A DNA stretch of 64,000 nucleotides, taken from Malacoraja senta (Eukaryota). The stretch is from assembly GCA_038087875.1 (NCBI GenBank), contig CM075984.1, positions 14,942,001 through 15,006,000 of the forward strand, in the 5' to 3' direction. A program made the translations under genes and the position numbers. The notes under the pieces are model-generated. The model was not told the origin of the DNA and made no database searches. It saw nothing but the letters and a program-made list of their open reading frames with translations. Below are positions 1 through 13,047 of this stretch, one piece after another. Every line of letters starts with the position of its first letter. Position 1 is the stretch's first letter.

Positions 1-239
1 TTTTTCCATTCTTGTGACTCATAGCCTCTCATCTTTTGCCAATGTCCTATTACTGGTTTCCCACCAACACACAGATAATTTCGTAAATCAGATTACAGAC
101 ACGCCCTGATTTACGTAATAGGCGACTCACATAATCTCACACGTGCATAAGCAATTCTTTAAGCCCACTGCTTTTATTTCTGAGTTGACTGTCTCGGTTG
201 CAGTGCAGTACTGCGCATGCGTCTTTTTCTGCGGGCCAG

Positions 240-760
240 TCAGCTGTTCTTGTAGATGCTCCCATGTGATCTGTGGACCTGCTCCTTGCTTGCTATCAGA
301 ACCATGTCCTTCATTTTCTCTCTCCCAAACTCCCTGCTGGTCACCATCCTGCCACCTTCTTTGACTATTAGGTCCACCATTTTAACCTGGTGCACTTGGA
401 TTCTCTCAACAGCTTCCAATGACATTGGATTGAAATGTCCCTTCAAAGTCTACCATATGATACCTCAGCATTAATTCACATTGGCAGCATATTCATCAAC
501 ATATCTTGTAACCCTGACCCTACTACCAGAAAGAATATCTCCTGCTACTTTGTTCTCTGCTCTCCCTAGGACCTTAAAGACCTTGGCGAACATTTTCAGA
601 TGTTCCTCATTCAGGGTGAATGACTGACTGTTTATCTTCTTGACATATCCCATATAATCATTTCCTCACTACACCTGTTCTGAGTCAAAGAAAAAGTTCT
701 TTAGCTTCACCAGTGGATCTATCCCTTTTTGTCTCACAAGCAGAAAAATCCCATCCGCAA
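240..760 (+). mobile_element. Possible very ancient L2-type LINE reverse-transcriptase remnant
   Basis: Frame-broken fragments (SVDLLLAC, FDY..HH, PATLFSALP..LANIFR, HQWI..FL) occur in the order expected for L2 RT motifs, but similarity is weak. Confidence 0.35.
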
Positions 761-1289
761 CACCTTTTAGTCAGAGCTGTGTATTCCTATGGTATGCTGC
801 AAGTCCTGAATCACAGACAAAGCAGGTGAATTGAAGGCACCCATTGCCAACTGAACAGCAGTGTCTGATACAACAAGGCCCAACTGTATAGGACACTCAG
901 TTTTTTAAGGTTGGTTTATACCGACATATGCTGAGATCCTAAATTTACCACAACTTTTCAACTTCAAGATCTATGCCAACCACAACCATCAGGAGGCATG
1001 TTTTTAAATTGCAAATAGAATTTTAATAAAGAGTTTTCTCCAGGGTATCATGTTTGTTTATTAAAATCCAAGGAACCAGGTGTTCGTGAGGTATTTTTAA
1101 TGAACAATTGGGAATTTTAATGTGCTACTGAAGTAAAACCAATAGATTAAGATGTGTGAAAAAAATCCTAATCCATGAATCCAATATTATGAAGTATTTT
1201 TGATGCAAAAGGCAGGCTATTTGTAACTCCCTTACATGCTTTGGTAATAAGGAACAGAAAAGTAGCCCATTCCTAGCCCTAATGGTGTT

Positions 1290-1783
1290 TGTGTTGTAAG
1301 TTGGAAAGAGTGCAGAGAAGATTTACGAGGATGTCTCCAGGACGCAAGGGCCTGAGCTATAGGGAGCGGTTGGGCAAGCTAGGACTTTATTCCTTGGAGC
1401 GCAGGAGGATGAGGGGTGATCTTATGGAGGTGTATAAGATCATGAGGGGATTAGATAGGGTAAATGCACAGTCTTTTACCCAGAGTAGGGGAATCAAGAA
1501 CTAGTAAGGCACAGGTTTAAGGTGAGAGAGGAAAGATCTAATAGGAATCTGAGGGGCAACTATTTCCCTCAGAGGGTGGTGGATACATGGAACAAGCTGC
1601 CAGAGGAAGTAGTTGAAGCAGGTACCATGACAGCATTTAACAGACACTCGGGCAGGTACATGGGACAGGAATGGTTTATGAGGACATGGGCCAAACGCAG
1701 GCAAGGTTACGAGGGGAGCTTGGTCAGCATGGACGAGTTGGGCTGAAGGGCCTGTTTCCGTTCTGTATGACTCTATGACTATG
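1290..1783 (+). mobile_element. CR1 LINE 3' fragment
   Basis: LERVQRRFTRM…LSYRERL..LGLYSLERRRMRGDLMEVYKIM and FPQRVVDTWNKLP; ends gggcctgtttcc…tatgactctatgact. Confidence 0.92.
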
Positions 1784-2359
1784 TCACATGGAGTGGTGTT
1801 ACAGAATGTGGAAGTTATAATTACAGATGCCCGGGTCTCTGCCTAGGGTATTCTTCAATGTAAAGGAGCTGAGTTCTGGAGCCTGATAACAGTGAGAGCC
1901 AAAATGCTAATTTTCAAGTTAATAACTCACCACATAAGTAATAGTGCAGATCAACAGCCTGGTACTAAAAGTGCCCAATTATTATCTCAATTTCAGCATT
2001 GGATTTATAAGTTTTTTTAGCACAGGATGAAATTCAACCTTAATGGATCTCCATTAAAGTCCGATCCAAGTTAAAGCAAAATCCATTGAGAGAATCCAAC
2101 CCAAAGCATAACAAGTGGAGGTAAATGGGAATTGGAGGTTTCCAGGTTCAGGTGGAGAAACAAATATATATACAAGTAGTTCGTGCACGTATGAACGTAC
2201 AGATTAAGAACAGCAATTGGCCACTCAACCTCATTGGATTCATAAACACACATTCACACATGCAACCCTTACCAATAATTATTCACCCATTTTAATTTAA
2301 GCAGACAGAAAACCCGAAGGAACGAGCATCCAATTTTGTTTTAAATTATGGGCTGCATT

Positions 2360-2680
2360 GGGGTGTGATGGTGGCACAGCAGTAGAGTTGCTGCCTTACA
2401 GCACCAGAGACCCAGGTTCGATCCTGACTATGGGTGCTGTGGTTACGGAGTTTGTACGTTCTCACCCTGACCTGCGTGGGTTTTCTACGGGTGCTCTGGT
2501 TTTCTCCCACACTCCAAAGATCTACAGGTTTGTAGGTTAATAAACTTCTCTAAAATTGTACATTTTAGTGTGCATAAATGTCCCTTGAGTGCATAGGATA
2601 GTATTAGTGTGCGGGGATTGCTGGTCGGTGCAGACTGGTTTCCACACTGTATCTCTAAACTAAACTAAACTAAACTAAAC
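2360..2680 (+). mobile_element. tRNA-derived HE1/V-SINE-like SINE
   Basis: A box tggcacagcagtag, B box ggttcgatcc, core gagtttgtacgttctc…tttctcccacactccaaaga, (taaac)n tail. Confidence 0.9.
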
Positions 2681-2682
2681 AT

Positions 2683-3010
2683 TGATATTTGTTGTTCATT
2701 CCTATTTGCCCTGAACAAAGAGGACAGTTCAAAGTAAACCGTGTCAGTGGATCTGGAGTTTCACGTAGGTCAGGCAGGGTAAGGATGGCTAATTGCCTTT
2801 CCTGAAGTGCATTGTTGAACAAGTTGATTTTGACAGCAATCCAGTCATTTTATGCTCAGCTGTGACTAGCTTTGTAAAACTTCATGTTAATACAATTACT
2901 TGAATTTAAATCCCCCCACAACCTATGTGGGATTCAAACTTGTGTTTCTGAACCAATGGTCCAGAACCTTGGCAGTTGGTCCAGTAATTAAACTGTGCAT
3001 TACCATAGCC
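2683..3010 (-). mobile_element. Older, second tRNA-derived SINE family (related degraded copies near 23880-24000 and 49300-49600)
   Basis: B-box-like gggattcaaac on the + strand and a body resembling a common chondrichthyan SINE; heavily diverged. Confidence 0.55.
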
Positions 3011-3496
3011 AATCCTGATAGATGATCCGTCTGTTTCAGAGGTTGTGATGTGAAAATTTCCCTTAGGGATTCAAAGTGAAAGGTAAATGGAATTGTTATG
3101 CCCCATTGCTCCGCTTCCCACTGTCTATCTGTTGCGGTAAAATGTGCCAATAAAATGGTAGGCCTTCCATTGGAAACCCTGCTCAGTATATTACACTAAC
3201 TTCTAATCCTCACATTCTCCAATCAAAGAAAAGAAAGCAGTTTTCCAATCGAATGTTTATTTGTTCAGATGTAAGGATGACTCATACATTCCTCTACTAT
3301 TTTTTTAATTGATTGAGGGGGAGGGAACCTATATTGTGGCCATACCCTGAACAAAGAGCTGTCTGAGCTGGATCAGCAGCTCACATACAGAGAGCTATGG
3401 CATAGCTGATCAAAGTGAAACAAAGCAGGTGAAACTCGACTGCCATGTACAGGCACTCCCTGACTAAGTCTGATTTTACGCAAGTCTAAATCACCA

Positions 3497-3735
3497 TCTT
3501 TAGTCAGAGGGTAGTGAATCTGTGGAATTGTTTGCCACAAAAGGCTGTAGAGGCCAGGTCAGTGGATATTTTTAAGGCAGAGATAGATAGATTCCTGATT
3601 AGTACAGGTGTCAGAGGTTATGGAGAGAAGGCAGAAGGTTATGGGGAGAGATCGATCAGCCATGATTGAATGGCAGAGTAGAATTGATGGGCCAAATGGC
3701 CTAATTCTACTCCTATTCCCAATGACCTTATGATC
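3497..3735 (+). mobile_element. CR1 LINE 3' end
   Basis: tttagtcagagggtagtgaatctgtggaatt (FSQRVVNLWN) followed by 3' UTR gatcagccatgattgaatggc…ggcctaattctactcctat. Confidence 0.88.
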
Positions 3736-3944
3736 TTCCCCATACCCTGCCTGAAATAACTCACTAAGAGTATTAATTATCTCATTGGCATCTGGCAACG
3801 TCCAGGACACTTTCTGTGGCCCACTGCCCTCTGGGTAAGCATGCCCGCCATTGCCGCCCTGTTTCCGATGTAACTTTGAAATTACAATCTGCCTGGATTG
3901 CACTAGGGACTGAGTACAGATTTGTTTATGTAAGCGCGAGTTTA

Positions 3945-4305
3945 TAGAGTCATACATCATGGAACAGGTCCCTTGGCCCACCTTGGCCCACTGACCAACA
4001 TGACCCATCTACACTAGTCCCACCTGCCTGTGATTGGCCTATATCCCTCTAAACCTATCCTATCCATATACCTGTCTAAATGTTTCTTAAACATTGTGAT
4101 AGTGCCTGCCTCAACTACCTCCTCCGGAAACTCGTTCTGTATACGAGTAACCCACCACCTTTTGTGTAAAGGTTAACCCTCAGGTTCTTATTAAATCTCC
4201 CCCCCCCCCCCTCACCTTAAACCTATGTCCTCTGGTTCTCCAATTCCCCTACTCTGGGCAAGAGACTGTGCATTTACCAGATCTATTCCTCTCATGATTT
4301 TGTAT
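3945..4305 (-). mobile_element. CR1 LINE 3' end (same subfamily as 1290-1783)
   Basis: Reverse complement of the tail (tagagtcatacatcatggaacagg…) and of the ORF2 end. Confidence 0.88.
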
Positions 4306-4409
4306 TTCACGTAAGTATTCTATTGCATGTTGGGGAGTGTCTGTATAGTCTTCAAATGCCTGGAGTTGTCCAACTGCAAGCATAAATCATCCTGGTTACC
4401 ATATCCATA

Positions 4410-5355
4410 TGCTGAGCCCCCTCCTCTACTCCCTCTTCACCTACGACTGCACACCTGTACATGGTACTAACACCATCATCAAGTATGCAGATGATACAAC
4501 GGTGATTGGCCTCATCAGCAACAACGATGAGTCGGCCTATAGGGAGGAGGTCCAGCTCCTAGCAGCATGGTGCGCTGACAACAACCTGGCCCTTAACTCC
4601 AAGAAGACCAAGGAGCTCATTGTAGACTTCAGGAAGTCTAGGGGCGGCATGCACACCCCCATCCACATTAACGGGAGGGAGGTGGAACGTGTTTCCAGCT
4701 TCAGGTTCCTGGGGGTCAACATCTCCGATGACCTCTCTTGGACCAACAATACCTCAACTCTGGTCAAGAAGGCTCACCAGCGTCTCTTCTTCCTGAGGAG
4801 ACTAAAGAAGGTCCATCTGTCTCCTCGGATTCTGGTGAACTTCTACCGCTGCACCATCGAGAGCATCCTTACCAACTGCATCACAGTATGGTATGGCAAC
4901 TGCTCTGTCTCCGACCGGAAAGCACTGCAGAGGGTGGTGAAAATTGCCCAACGCATCACCGGTTCCTCACTCCCCACCATTGAGTCTGTCCAAAGCAAGC
5001 GTTGTCTGCGAAGGGCGCTCAGCATCGCCAAGGACTGCTCTCACCCCAACCACAGACTGTTTACCCTCCTACCATCCGGGAGGCGCTACAGGTCTCTCCG
5101 TTGCCGGACCAGCAGGTCCAGGAACAGCTTCTTCCCTGCGGCGGTTACACTACTCAACACTGTACCTCGGTGACTGCCAATCACACCCCCCCCCCCCCCC
5201 CCGGACACTCCTCCCACCAGGATTTATTAGATTAGATTTATTTATTTACTGCTCATATTTATGTCGCTCTTCTAGGGAGATGCTAACTGCATTTCGTTGT
5301 CTCTGTACTGTACACTGCACAATGACAATAAAGTTGAATCTGAATCTGAATCTGA
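4410..5355 (+). mobile_element. Rex1/Babar-type non-LTR retrotransposon, 5'-truncated, with an uninterrupted RT C-terminal frame (4409-5173)
   Basis: LSPLLYSLFTYDC…IIKYADDTTVIGLI…YREEV…LNSKKTKELIVDFRK…FYRCTIESILT; 3' UTR ends aatgacaataaagt(tgaatc)n. Confidence 0.93.
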
Positions 5356-5370
5356 TATCTCAGTTGTACA

Positions 5371-6060
5371 GGGGCCTGTCCCACTAACGCGACTTTTCAG
5401 CAGCTGTCTTCAACCTTCAAGTTCGAGGGCACTTGCCTGAAAAACCTCGAGCTAGATCGACCGTCAGCGATGAAACCACGAGCTGGATCGACCGTCAGCA
5501 CATACTCACACACACACAAACACATCACAAAGGTGGGGGCCAGGGAAAGCGGGGGAGCGCTGTCTGAAATTCACACCCGCGATGAACAGGAAGGTAAAAG
5601 ACGGCTGGCACAGTGTACGGTAAGTCCTTTAGAGAGCGGGGAGGGGGGTGAGAAGGAGTGGAGACACTTTTAAGAAGCCAGACAACTTTTAATAAAATTT
5701 AGCGGACATTACCGGTCAGTTTTCCTTGGTTCTGAAAACTTCAATGAGCCAATTAAAATGCCTGGTCAGCAAAGGAGATTGCCTATGGCTACCTCGACTG
5801 CCTATAACTACATGATGACCCCACTACCAGTGCACTACGAGTTCAAAAGAACCATGCCGACCAATTTTTACTCGTGGAAAATTTTTCAGCATGCTGAACA
5901 TTTTTCCTCGACCAAACTGAGGCGGCGAGTATGCGGGAACTTCCCTCGAGCAGGAAGAAGAGTTACAGTGACCTCCTAGGACCTCCTAGGACCACGTGTC
6001 GACCATGCTGCGAGTTTGTGGCGAGCGCAAACTCTTCTAAACTCGCAAATTAGGTCGCTA
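5371..6060. mobile_element. PIF/Harbinger-type MITE, right end truncated; same family as 59616-60473 in the opposite orientation
   Basis: Starts with TIR ggggcctgtcccact; body is the reverse complement of 59630-60470. Confidence 0.85.
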
Positions 6061-6375
6061 CATTTAACTAGAGTAGGACTTTGGAACAAATTGATACATA
6101 TATAAAAGAAAAACGGACGTGCATTAAAAGTTTAGAGGAATGTGAAATGTGAAGCTGAAATGTGCCAATGATAAGAAGAAGAAAACAGTTAACGATTTTA
6201 ATCACTGCAAATTCATGAATCTGTTACTTTTGGCACTTTGATATAGCATCACTCAAAATATTGCAACATGCTACAAATTGTTTGATATGCCACAAGTATA
6301 GACTAGAGACCCAAGTGATCTGTGTAGGGCAGACCTGTCAAAATATATTCTTACCTTTACTGTTTCAGCACACTG

Positions 6376-6525
6376 GGATCATGGGACTATTCCAAGGACA
6401 AAGGAGTCCCAGTGTCTTTGCCAATAGATATCCTTCACCCAACATCTCCATAATCTGGATAATTAAAGCTGATTATGGGACCTTCCAGTTGGAAATTAGT
6501 TGCCACATCTCCCTCCCATCACAGC
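6376..6525 (+). mobile_element. DeuSINE (SacSINE1-like) core remnant
   Basis: gatcatgggactatt…ggagtcccagtgtctttgccaatagatatccttcacccaacatc…aaattagttgcc resembles the Deu domain. Confidence 0.6.
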
Positions 6526-6654
6526 TAGGTTACAAATTACTTGCAAGGGATTGACTTTGGGATTGGTGCATTTTACAAAGCGAATGTGAGCGGCAGATAA
6601 AAAAGTATAAAACAGTAATGAGGATTGCAGCAGGACTGGGAGGGGACCACTCAA

Positions 6655-6836
6655 GCAACCCCTGCATTTCATCCCCCCCCCCTCCCCCACTCTAGTCATT
6701 CGAGTTCCACTGTTCGCATCCTAGTATCCCTGCCATTAGCACATCTTCCCCACCCAACAATGGGCCATTATGGACTCCACTCATCTGTTGCCGGCCCTGT
6801 TTTGTTCTCCAGCATTTTGTGTCTATCTTCAGTACC
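6655..6836 (+). mobile_element. Penelope-like element 3' UTR/pseudo-LTR fragment
   Basis: Similar to 33805-33950, which follows a Penelope ORF end; ends ctccagcattttgtgtctatcttc. Confidence 0.7.
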
Positions 6837-7424
6837 ACTATCAATTGGTCTGTTTGAACAAACAGTTAGTTATAACATTACAATCCTGGTCTTGAAACCA
6901 AGTTATGATGCTAACTGTGGCACAAGAACAAACTCTGACAAACTTCACAATTGGATAGTGTTTTAAGATGTAATCCAATAAAGAAATTAATTAATAAATC
7001 ACATGACAGGACCAGGATGGCAGTCGTCAGCCTCCCCAACTAATAAAGATTGACATTTTATTTTACTGGAAAGAGGAGCTAATGATATTGAACCAATAAA
7101 AGTCTTAAAATTATGAAGTGCACCCATAGGGTAATCATTAGGTTGCTTTCAGTGTAGAGGGACCATGAGCATGGACTCTAAATACAAAATTAAAAGAATA
7201 AATGCAGAAAATATTCAGCAGGTCAGGCATAATCTGTGAAGTTTTATGGCCATAGATGCATTTTGTGGCTAATAAATCCAATCAGGAAACAAGGAGAACC
7301 CGTTTTTATTCAGAGAATAGCACGGAAATGAAACTACTGTGTGGGAGAGTAACGGAAAGCAAGACAATTTTAATTTTATTTCCAATTTCTCTACTTGCAA
7401 TGAGAACTGAATTTAATGTTTACG

Positions 7425-9557
7425 TCATAGAAACATACAAAAAGATAGAAAATAGGTGCAGGAGTAGGCCATTCAGCCCTTTGGGCCAGCACCGCCATTC
7501 AATATGATCATGGCTGATCATCTAAAATCAGTACCCCATTCCAGCTTTTTCCCCATATAACCTTGATTCTCTTAGCCCTAAGAGCTAAATCTAACTCTCT
7601 CTTGAAAACTTCCAGTGAATTGGCCTCCACTGCCATCTGAGGCAGAGAATTCCACAGATTCACAACTCACTGGGTGAAAACGTTTTTCCTCATCTCAATC
7701 CTAAATGGCCTACCCCTTATTCTTAAACTGTGACCCCTGGTTATGGACTCCCCCAACATCGGGAACATTTTCCTGCATTTAGCCTGTACAATCCTCTAAG
7801 AATTTTATATGTTTCTATAAGATAACCTCTCATCCTTCTAAATTCCAGCGAATGCAAGCCCAGTCGATAATATTCAGATAATTCAGATAATAATCTGCCT
7901 TCCTGTTCTTGCCACCAGTGGATAGCCTCACATTTATCCACATTATACTGCATCTGCCATGCTTATGCCCACTCACCCAACCTATCCATGTCACCCTGCA
8001 GCCTCATAGCATCCTCCTCGCAGCTCACACTGCCACCCAGCTTTGTGTCATCCGCAAACTTGGAGATGTTACGTTTAATTCCCTCGTCTAAATCGTTAAT
8101 ATATATTGTAAACAACTGGGGTCCCAGCACCGAGCCTAGCGGCACCCCACTAGTCTCTGCCTGCCATTCTGTAAAGGACCCGTTAATTCCTACTCTTTGC
8201 TTCCTGTCCGCCAACCAGTTCTCTATGCATGTCAATACCCTACCGCCAATACCATGTGCTCTAATTTTGCACACTAATCTCTTGTGTGGGACCTTGTCAA
8301 AATCTTTTTGAAAGTCCAGATACACCACATCCACTGGCTCTCCCTTATCCATTGTATTTGTTACATCCTCAAAAAATTCCAAAACATTAGTCAAACATGA
8401 TTTCCCCTTCATAAATGCATGCTGACTTTGACCGATCCCATCACTGCTTTCCAAATGCGCTGCTATAACATCTTTAATAATCAACTCCAGCATCTTCCCC
8501 ACTACCGTAAGGCTAACTGGTCTATAATTCCTTGTTTTCCTTCTCCCTCTTTTCTTAAGAAATTGAGTTACAATGGCTACCCTCCAGCCCACAGGAACTT
8601 ATCCACGATTTCTAAGGCCTCACCTTGAGTATTCTGGGGTGCGGACCATCAGGCCCTGGGGATTTATCTAACACCATTTTCTGACTAATGTGGATTCCCT
8701 TCAGTTCCTCCCTCCCACTAGATCCTCGATCCCCTAGTATTTCCAGGCGATTGTTTGTGTCTTCATTAGTGAAGACAGAACAAAAGTACTTGTTTAACTG
8801 TTCTGCTATTTCCTTGTTTCCCATTATTAATTCACCTGTCTCTGATTGTAAGGGACCTACATTCATCTTCACTAACCTTTTCCTTTTTACATACACAAAG
8901 ACACTTTTACACCAGTTTTATATTCCCCGCAAGCTTTCTTTCATGCTCTTTTTTCCACCTCTTAATTAACCCCTTTGTCCTCCTCGGTTGAGTTCTAAAT
9001 TTCTCCCAGTCCTCTGGTTTGCCGCTTATTCTGGCCAATTTATATGCCTCTTCCTTAAATTTAACACTGTCCTTGACTTCCCTCGTCAGCCACGGTTGAG
9101 CCACCTTCCCAGTTTTATTTTTTCATCTGACAGAGATGAACAATTTCTGGAGTTCATCCATGCGGTCTTTAAATCTTTGCCATTGCATCTCCACTGTCAA
9201 CCCTCTGTATAATTTGCCAGTCTAGCCTAGCCAATTCCCGTCTTATGACTTCAAAGTTTCCTTTATTCAAGTTCAGGACCCTAGTCTCTGAATTAACCAG
9301 GTCACTCTCCATCCTAATGCAGAATTCCACCATATTATGATCACTGTTGCCCAAGGGGCCTTGCACAACAAGATCGCTAACTAATCCTTCCTCATTACAC
9401 AATACACAGTGTAGGATGGCCTGCCCTCTAGTCAGTTCCTCTACATATTGGTTTAAAAACCCATCCCGTATATATTCCAGGAAATTACCCTCCTCAGCAC
9501 TGTTACCAATTTGGTTGGCCCAGTCTATATGTAGATTAAAGTCACCCATGATAACCG
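7425..9557 (-). mobile_element. CR1 LINE ORF2 (endonuclease plus RT), 5'-truncated, frameshifted, internally deleted
   Basis: MGDFNLHIDW…SDHNMVEF (APE); KSPGPDG.HPRILK; NYRPVSLT…YLDFQKDFDKVPH…GVP.GSVLGP…KFADDTKL (RT); CR1 3' tail at 7425-7500. Confidence 0.95.
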
Positions 9558-9667
9558 CTCATAGTGAGTAGATTTTTTTTACGACACTGGTGTTTTAGGC
9601 ATGGCCGATCTCCAGTGCCAGAAATTTAAATTAGCACAAAGGCTTACAGAATCTAAGGATTTGTAGG

Positions 9668-10321
9668 ATCTGGAGGGCCTGAGCTATATGCTAAGGTTAG
9701 ACAGGCTAGGATTTTATTCCTTGGTGCAAAGGAAGTTGAGGGATGATCTTCTCGAGGTGTATAAAAGCATGAGTGGAATAGATAGGATGTCTTTTAGCCA
9801 AGGTAGTGGAATCAAGGACCAGAAGACATAGGTTTAAGGTGAGAGGGGAAAGATTTAAGAGAAACCTGAGGATGTTGCCAATATTCGTGCGAATGAATTA
9901 TATGGAGAGGTTGGGCAGTTAGGACTTTATTCCTTATGACATAGAAATTTGATGTGTGATCTTATAAAGTTGTATACAGTTATGGAGTGGCAGAGAAGGA
10001 GTGAGTTAACAGGCTTTTGCTAAGGGCAGTGGAATCAAGAACCAGAGGACATAGGTTTAAGTGAGATGAGAAAGATTTAATAGTAACCCGAGGGGCAACA
10101 TTTTAATTCAAAAGGTGGTGAATATATGGAATCAGCTATCTGAGAAGGTAGTTGACGTAGGTCCTACAACAGCATGCGAAAGATATATGGATATGTACGT
10201 GGATAGGAAACATTTGGAGGGGTATGAGAAAATGGGACTAGCTTAGATGTGACATTTTGGTTGGCAATTGGCATGAATGATTTGGGCCGAAGGGCCTGTT
10301 TTCAAGCTGTATGAATCTATC
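9668..10321 (+). mobile_element. Two adjacent CR1 3' fragments
   Basis: Repeated LGLYSL…RGDL..VY…RTRGHRFKVRGERF-like segments and tail gggccgaagggcctgtttt. Confidence 0.8.
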
Positions 10322-10454
10322 ACCCTAAACACATGTTGTGCAGAACTGCAATTTCTCTGAGATTTCCATGAAGTTTCACATTAATTGCACGTAGATAACC
10401 AATACGCTCCAGTAGTACTGGCAACACACTCAGGTTCCGATTAAATCTATCACG

Positions 10455-10789
10455 AGAGGAATAGATCGGGTAGACGCGCAGTCTCTTGCCCAGAGTAGGG
10501 GAATCGAAAACCAGAGAATATAGGTTTAAGGTGAAGGGGGAAAGATTTTATAGGAATCTGAGGGGTAACTTTTTCACACAAAGGGTGGTTGGTGTATGGA
10601 ACAAGCTGCCATAGGAGGTAGTTGAGGTAGGAACTATTGCAACATTTAAGAAGCAATTAAACAGGTATATGGATTGGACAGGTTTAGACCTAACGCAGGT
10701 AAGTAAGACTAGTATAGATGGGGCATGTTGATCAGTATGGGCAAGTTGGGCCAAAGGGCCTGTTTCCACACTGTATGATGCTATGACTA
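10455..10789 (+). mobile_element. CR1 LINE 3' end
   Basis: FFTQRVVGVWNKLP; tail gggcctgtttccacactgtatgatgctatgact. Confidence 0.88.
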
Positions 10790-11447
10790 AATCTTTCCCC
10801 TGTCACTTCAACCCCAATTTCATACAAGTAATCCAAAACATGATTAAGAGCTCCATCACATGCTGCTATTATTTGTTTTTCCAATAAGCTGTTCAATAAA
10901 AAGCTACGTAAAGCTTTAGTGAGAATGGAGAGCCAAAATGTGCTTTAAGGCATGGTCTCTGACTAGGGAGAACCTCTGGAAATTGAATGGAGGAGACATG
11001 AAGAGTAAAGGTCAGTTGAATGAATATGTAGGTTAGAATTATGAATTCTCCTGGTTGCATAAAATGCTTGATGGGGAATTTGGACATCATTTATTAGCAT
11101 CTAGGATTTTATCATTAAACTATTCCGCTTAGTTTACAGAGCTTGTAAAAACATCCATTTGATAATCTCATTTGTCTGCTTTTCCGTTTCTGTCTCCTGT
11201 GGATTATCAGTTGTTTCTATTAATGACCTTCAGTGCAGAATTGAAGTGGAATTTCTCCCCAGATTCTCTTTGATTCTGCATCGTCAGTCTGCACCAGATG
11301 TTAGCTGTCAGCACATAATGTGCAGGTTACTTTAGAGTCTCATAAACACAAGGAAGACTAATTTTCACTGTGCAGGTATCATACGACTACTGCACTTCCA
11401 CGAAGGTTGCATGCTATTGGCATTACTCACGACAGTTAGAGCCTCAA

Positions 11448-11731
11448 GGGCAGCACCACTGGCCCAGTTAGTAGAGCTGCCGCCTCACAGCGTCAGAGAG
11501 CCATGTTTGATCCTGACCTCGGGTGCTGTCTGTGTGGAGTTTGCACGTTCTCCCTGTGACCGCATGGGTTTCCTCCCACATTCCAAATACATGTGGCCTT
11601 GTAGGTTCATTGGCCCTCTCTGTATGTTGTCCCTAGGGTGTAGGGAGTGTGTAGATGTAGTGTGTGAACGGGTGGACGTGGACGTGGTGGGCTAAAGAGC
11701 CTGTGTCAATGCTGGATCTCTGAACTAAACT
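11448..11731 (+). mobile_element. HE1/V-SINE-like SINE
   Basis: tRNA-like head, V-type core, ctaaac tail. Confidence 0.85.
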
Positions 11732-12080
11732 ACACTTGCACCTTTTACCTCCACAGATGCTGCTTAACCCGCTGGGTTCCTCCAGCATTCTGTTTGTTCT
11801 TTACTCAATATATTTTCATCACCTTTATTCAGTCTGCTGAAGAAGGCAGGACATATCCCATTCAATTTTCTTGTTAGTACTGGGCCAGTCAGCCGAAAGA
11901 CATCCAAATAAGCAAAGTAACCCTGGAAGTGATCCAAACACATGTTATTTGTACACTTTAACTTGGGTGCCAGAGGTCAAGCTTCCATCACATAGCTTGT
12001 GTCTTTTTTCATTGCATTACACATCCCCATTTGTGTGTAAATTCTGTTTCCAATTTGTGATTAGCAAAGTTCTCACCTAT

Positions 12081-12684
12081 TAGAAACATAGAAACATAGA
12101 AATTAGGTGCAGGAGTAGGCCATTCGGCCCTTCGAGCCTGCACCGCCATTCAATATGATCATGGCTGATCATCCAACTCAGTATCCCGTACCTGCCTTCT
12201 CTCCATACCCTCTGATCCCTTTAGCCACAAGGGCCACATCTAGCTCCCTCTTAAATATAGCCAATGAACTGGCCTCGACTACCCTCTGTGGCAGAGAGTT
12301 CCAGAGATTCACCACTCTCTGTGTGAAAAAAGTTCTTCTCATCTCGGTTTTAAAGGATTTCCCCCTTATCCTTAACTGTGACCCCTTGTCCTGGACTTCC
12401 CCAACATCGGGAGCAATCTTCCTGCATCTAGCCTGTCCAACCCCTTAAGAATTTTGTAAGTTTCTATAAGATCCCCTCTCAATCTCCTAAATTCTAGAGA
12501 GTATAAACCAAGTCTATCCAGTCTTTCTTCATAAGACAGTCCTGACATCCCAGGAATCAGTCTGGTGAACCTTCTCTGCACTCCCTCTATGGCAATAATG
12601 TCCTTCCTCAGATTTGGAGACCAAAACTGTACGCAATACTCCAGGTGTGGTCTCACCAAGACCCTGTACAACTGCAGTAGAACC
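12081..12684 (-). mobile_element. Young CR1 LINE 3' fragment
   Basis: Open frame YRVLVRPHLEYCVQFWSP…EGVQRRFTRLIPG…RGDLIETYKIL; (tagaaaca)n tail. Confidence 0.93.
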
Positions 12685-12780
12685 TTTCTATTGGTGCTAC
12701 CTTTCAGGTTGAATCATGCATTAACATTGCAGAACATGCAGAGATGATGTTGAACATCGTACAGTACTGACTGATGTTTT

Positions 12781-13047
12781 AGTCTGAAGAAGAAGAAGAG
12801 TCTCGACCCGAAACGTTACCTATCCATGTTCTCCAGAGATGCTGCCTAACCCGCTGAGTTCCTCCAGCACTTTGTGCCCTTTTTGTAAACCAGCACCTGC
12901 AGTTTCGGGTTTCTACTTTGTACAATATTCACTTGAACGACAATGAGTCAAAATTAGGCATAATATGCTGGAGTAACTCAGCGGGTCAGGCAGCATCTCT
13001 GGAAAAAAGGAATAAGTGAAATATTGGATCGAGACCCTCCTTCATAC
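12781..13047. mobile_element. Two Penelope pseudo-LTR fragments in inverted orientation, with hammerhead-like core remnants
   Basis: agtctgaaga…tctcgacccgaaacgttacc…ctccagagatgctgcc (+) and tgctggagtaactcagcgggtcaggcagcatctctgga (-). Confidence 0.75.

Noticed and set aside
82-115. 10-bp inverted repeat cgtaaatcag/ctgatttacg
   Set aside because: Short, isolated and without a TSD; could be chance.
240-653. Two in-frame minus-strand ORFs (60 and 68 aa) that look like a pseudogene
   Set aside because: No recognisable protein family; better explained as the antisense shadow of a decayed L2-like RT on the + strand.
2360-2430. tRNA gene calls for SINE heads
   Set aside because: A/B boxes are present but the cloverleaf is incomplete and each continues into SINE core and tail.
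11361-11440. Acceptor-like ttttcactgtgcag followed by a Cys-containing frame
   Set aside because: No similarity to any DNER exon and no convincing donor; it runs into a SINE.
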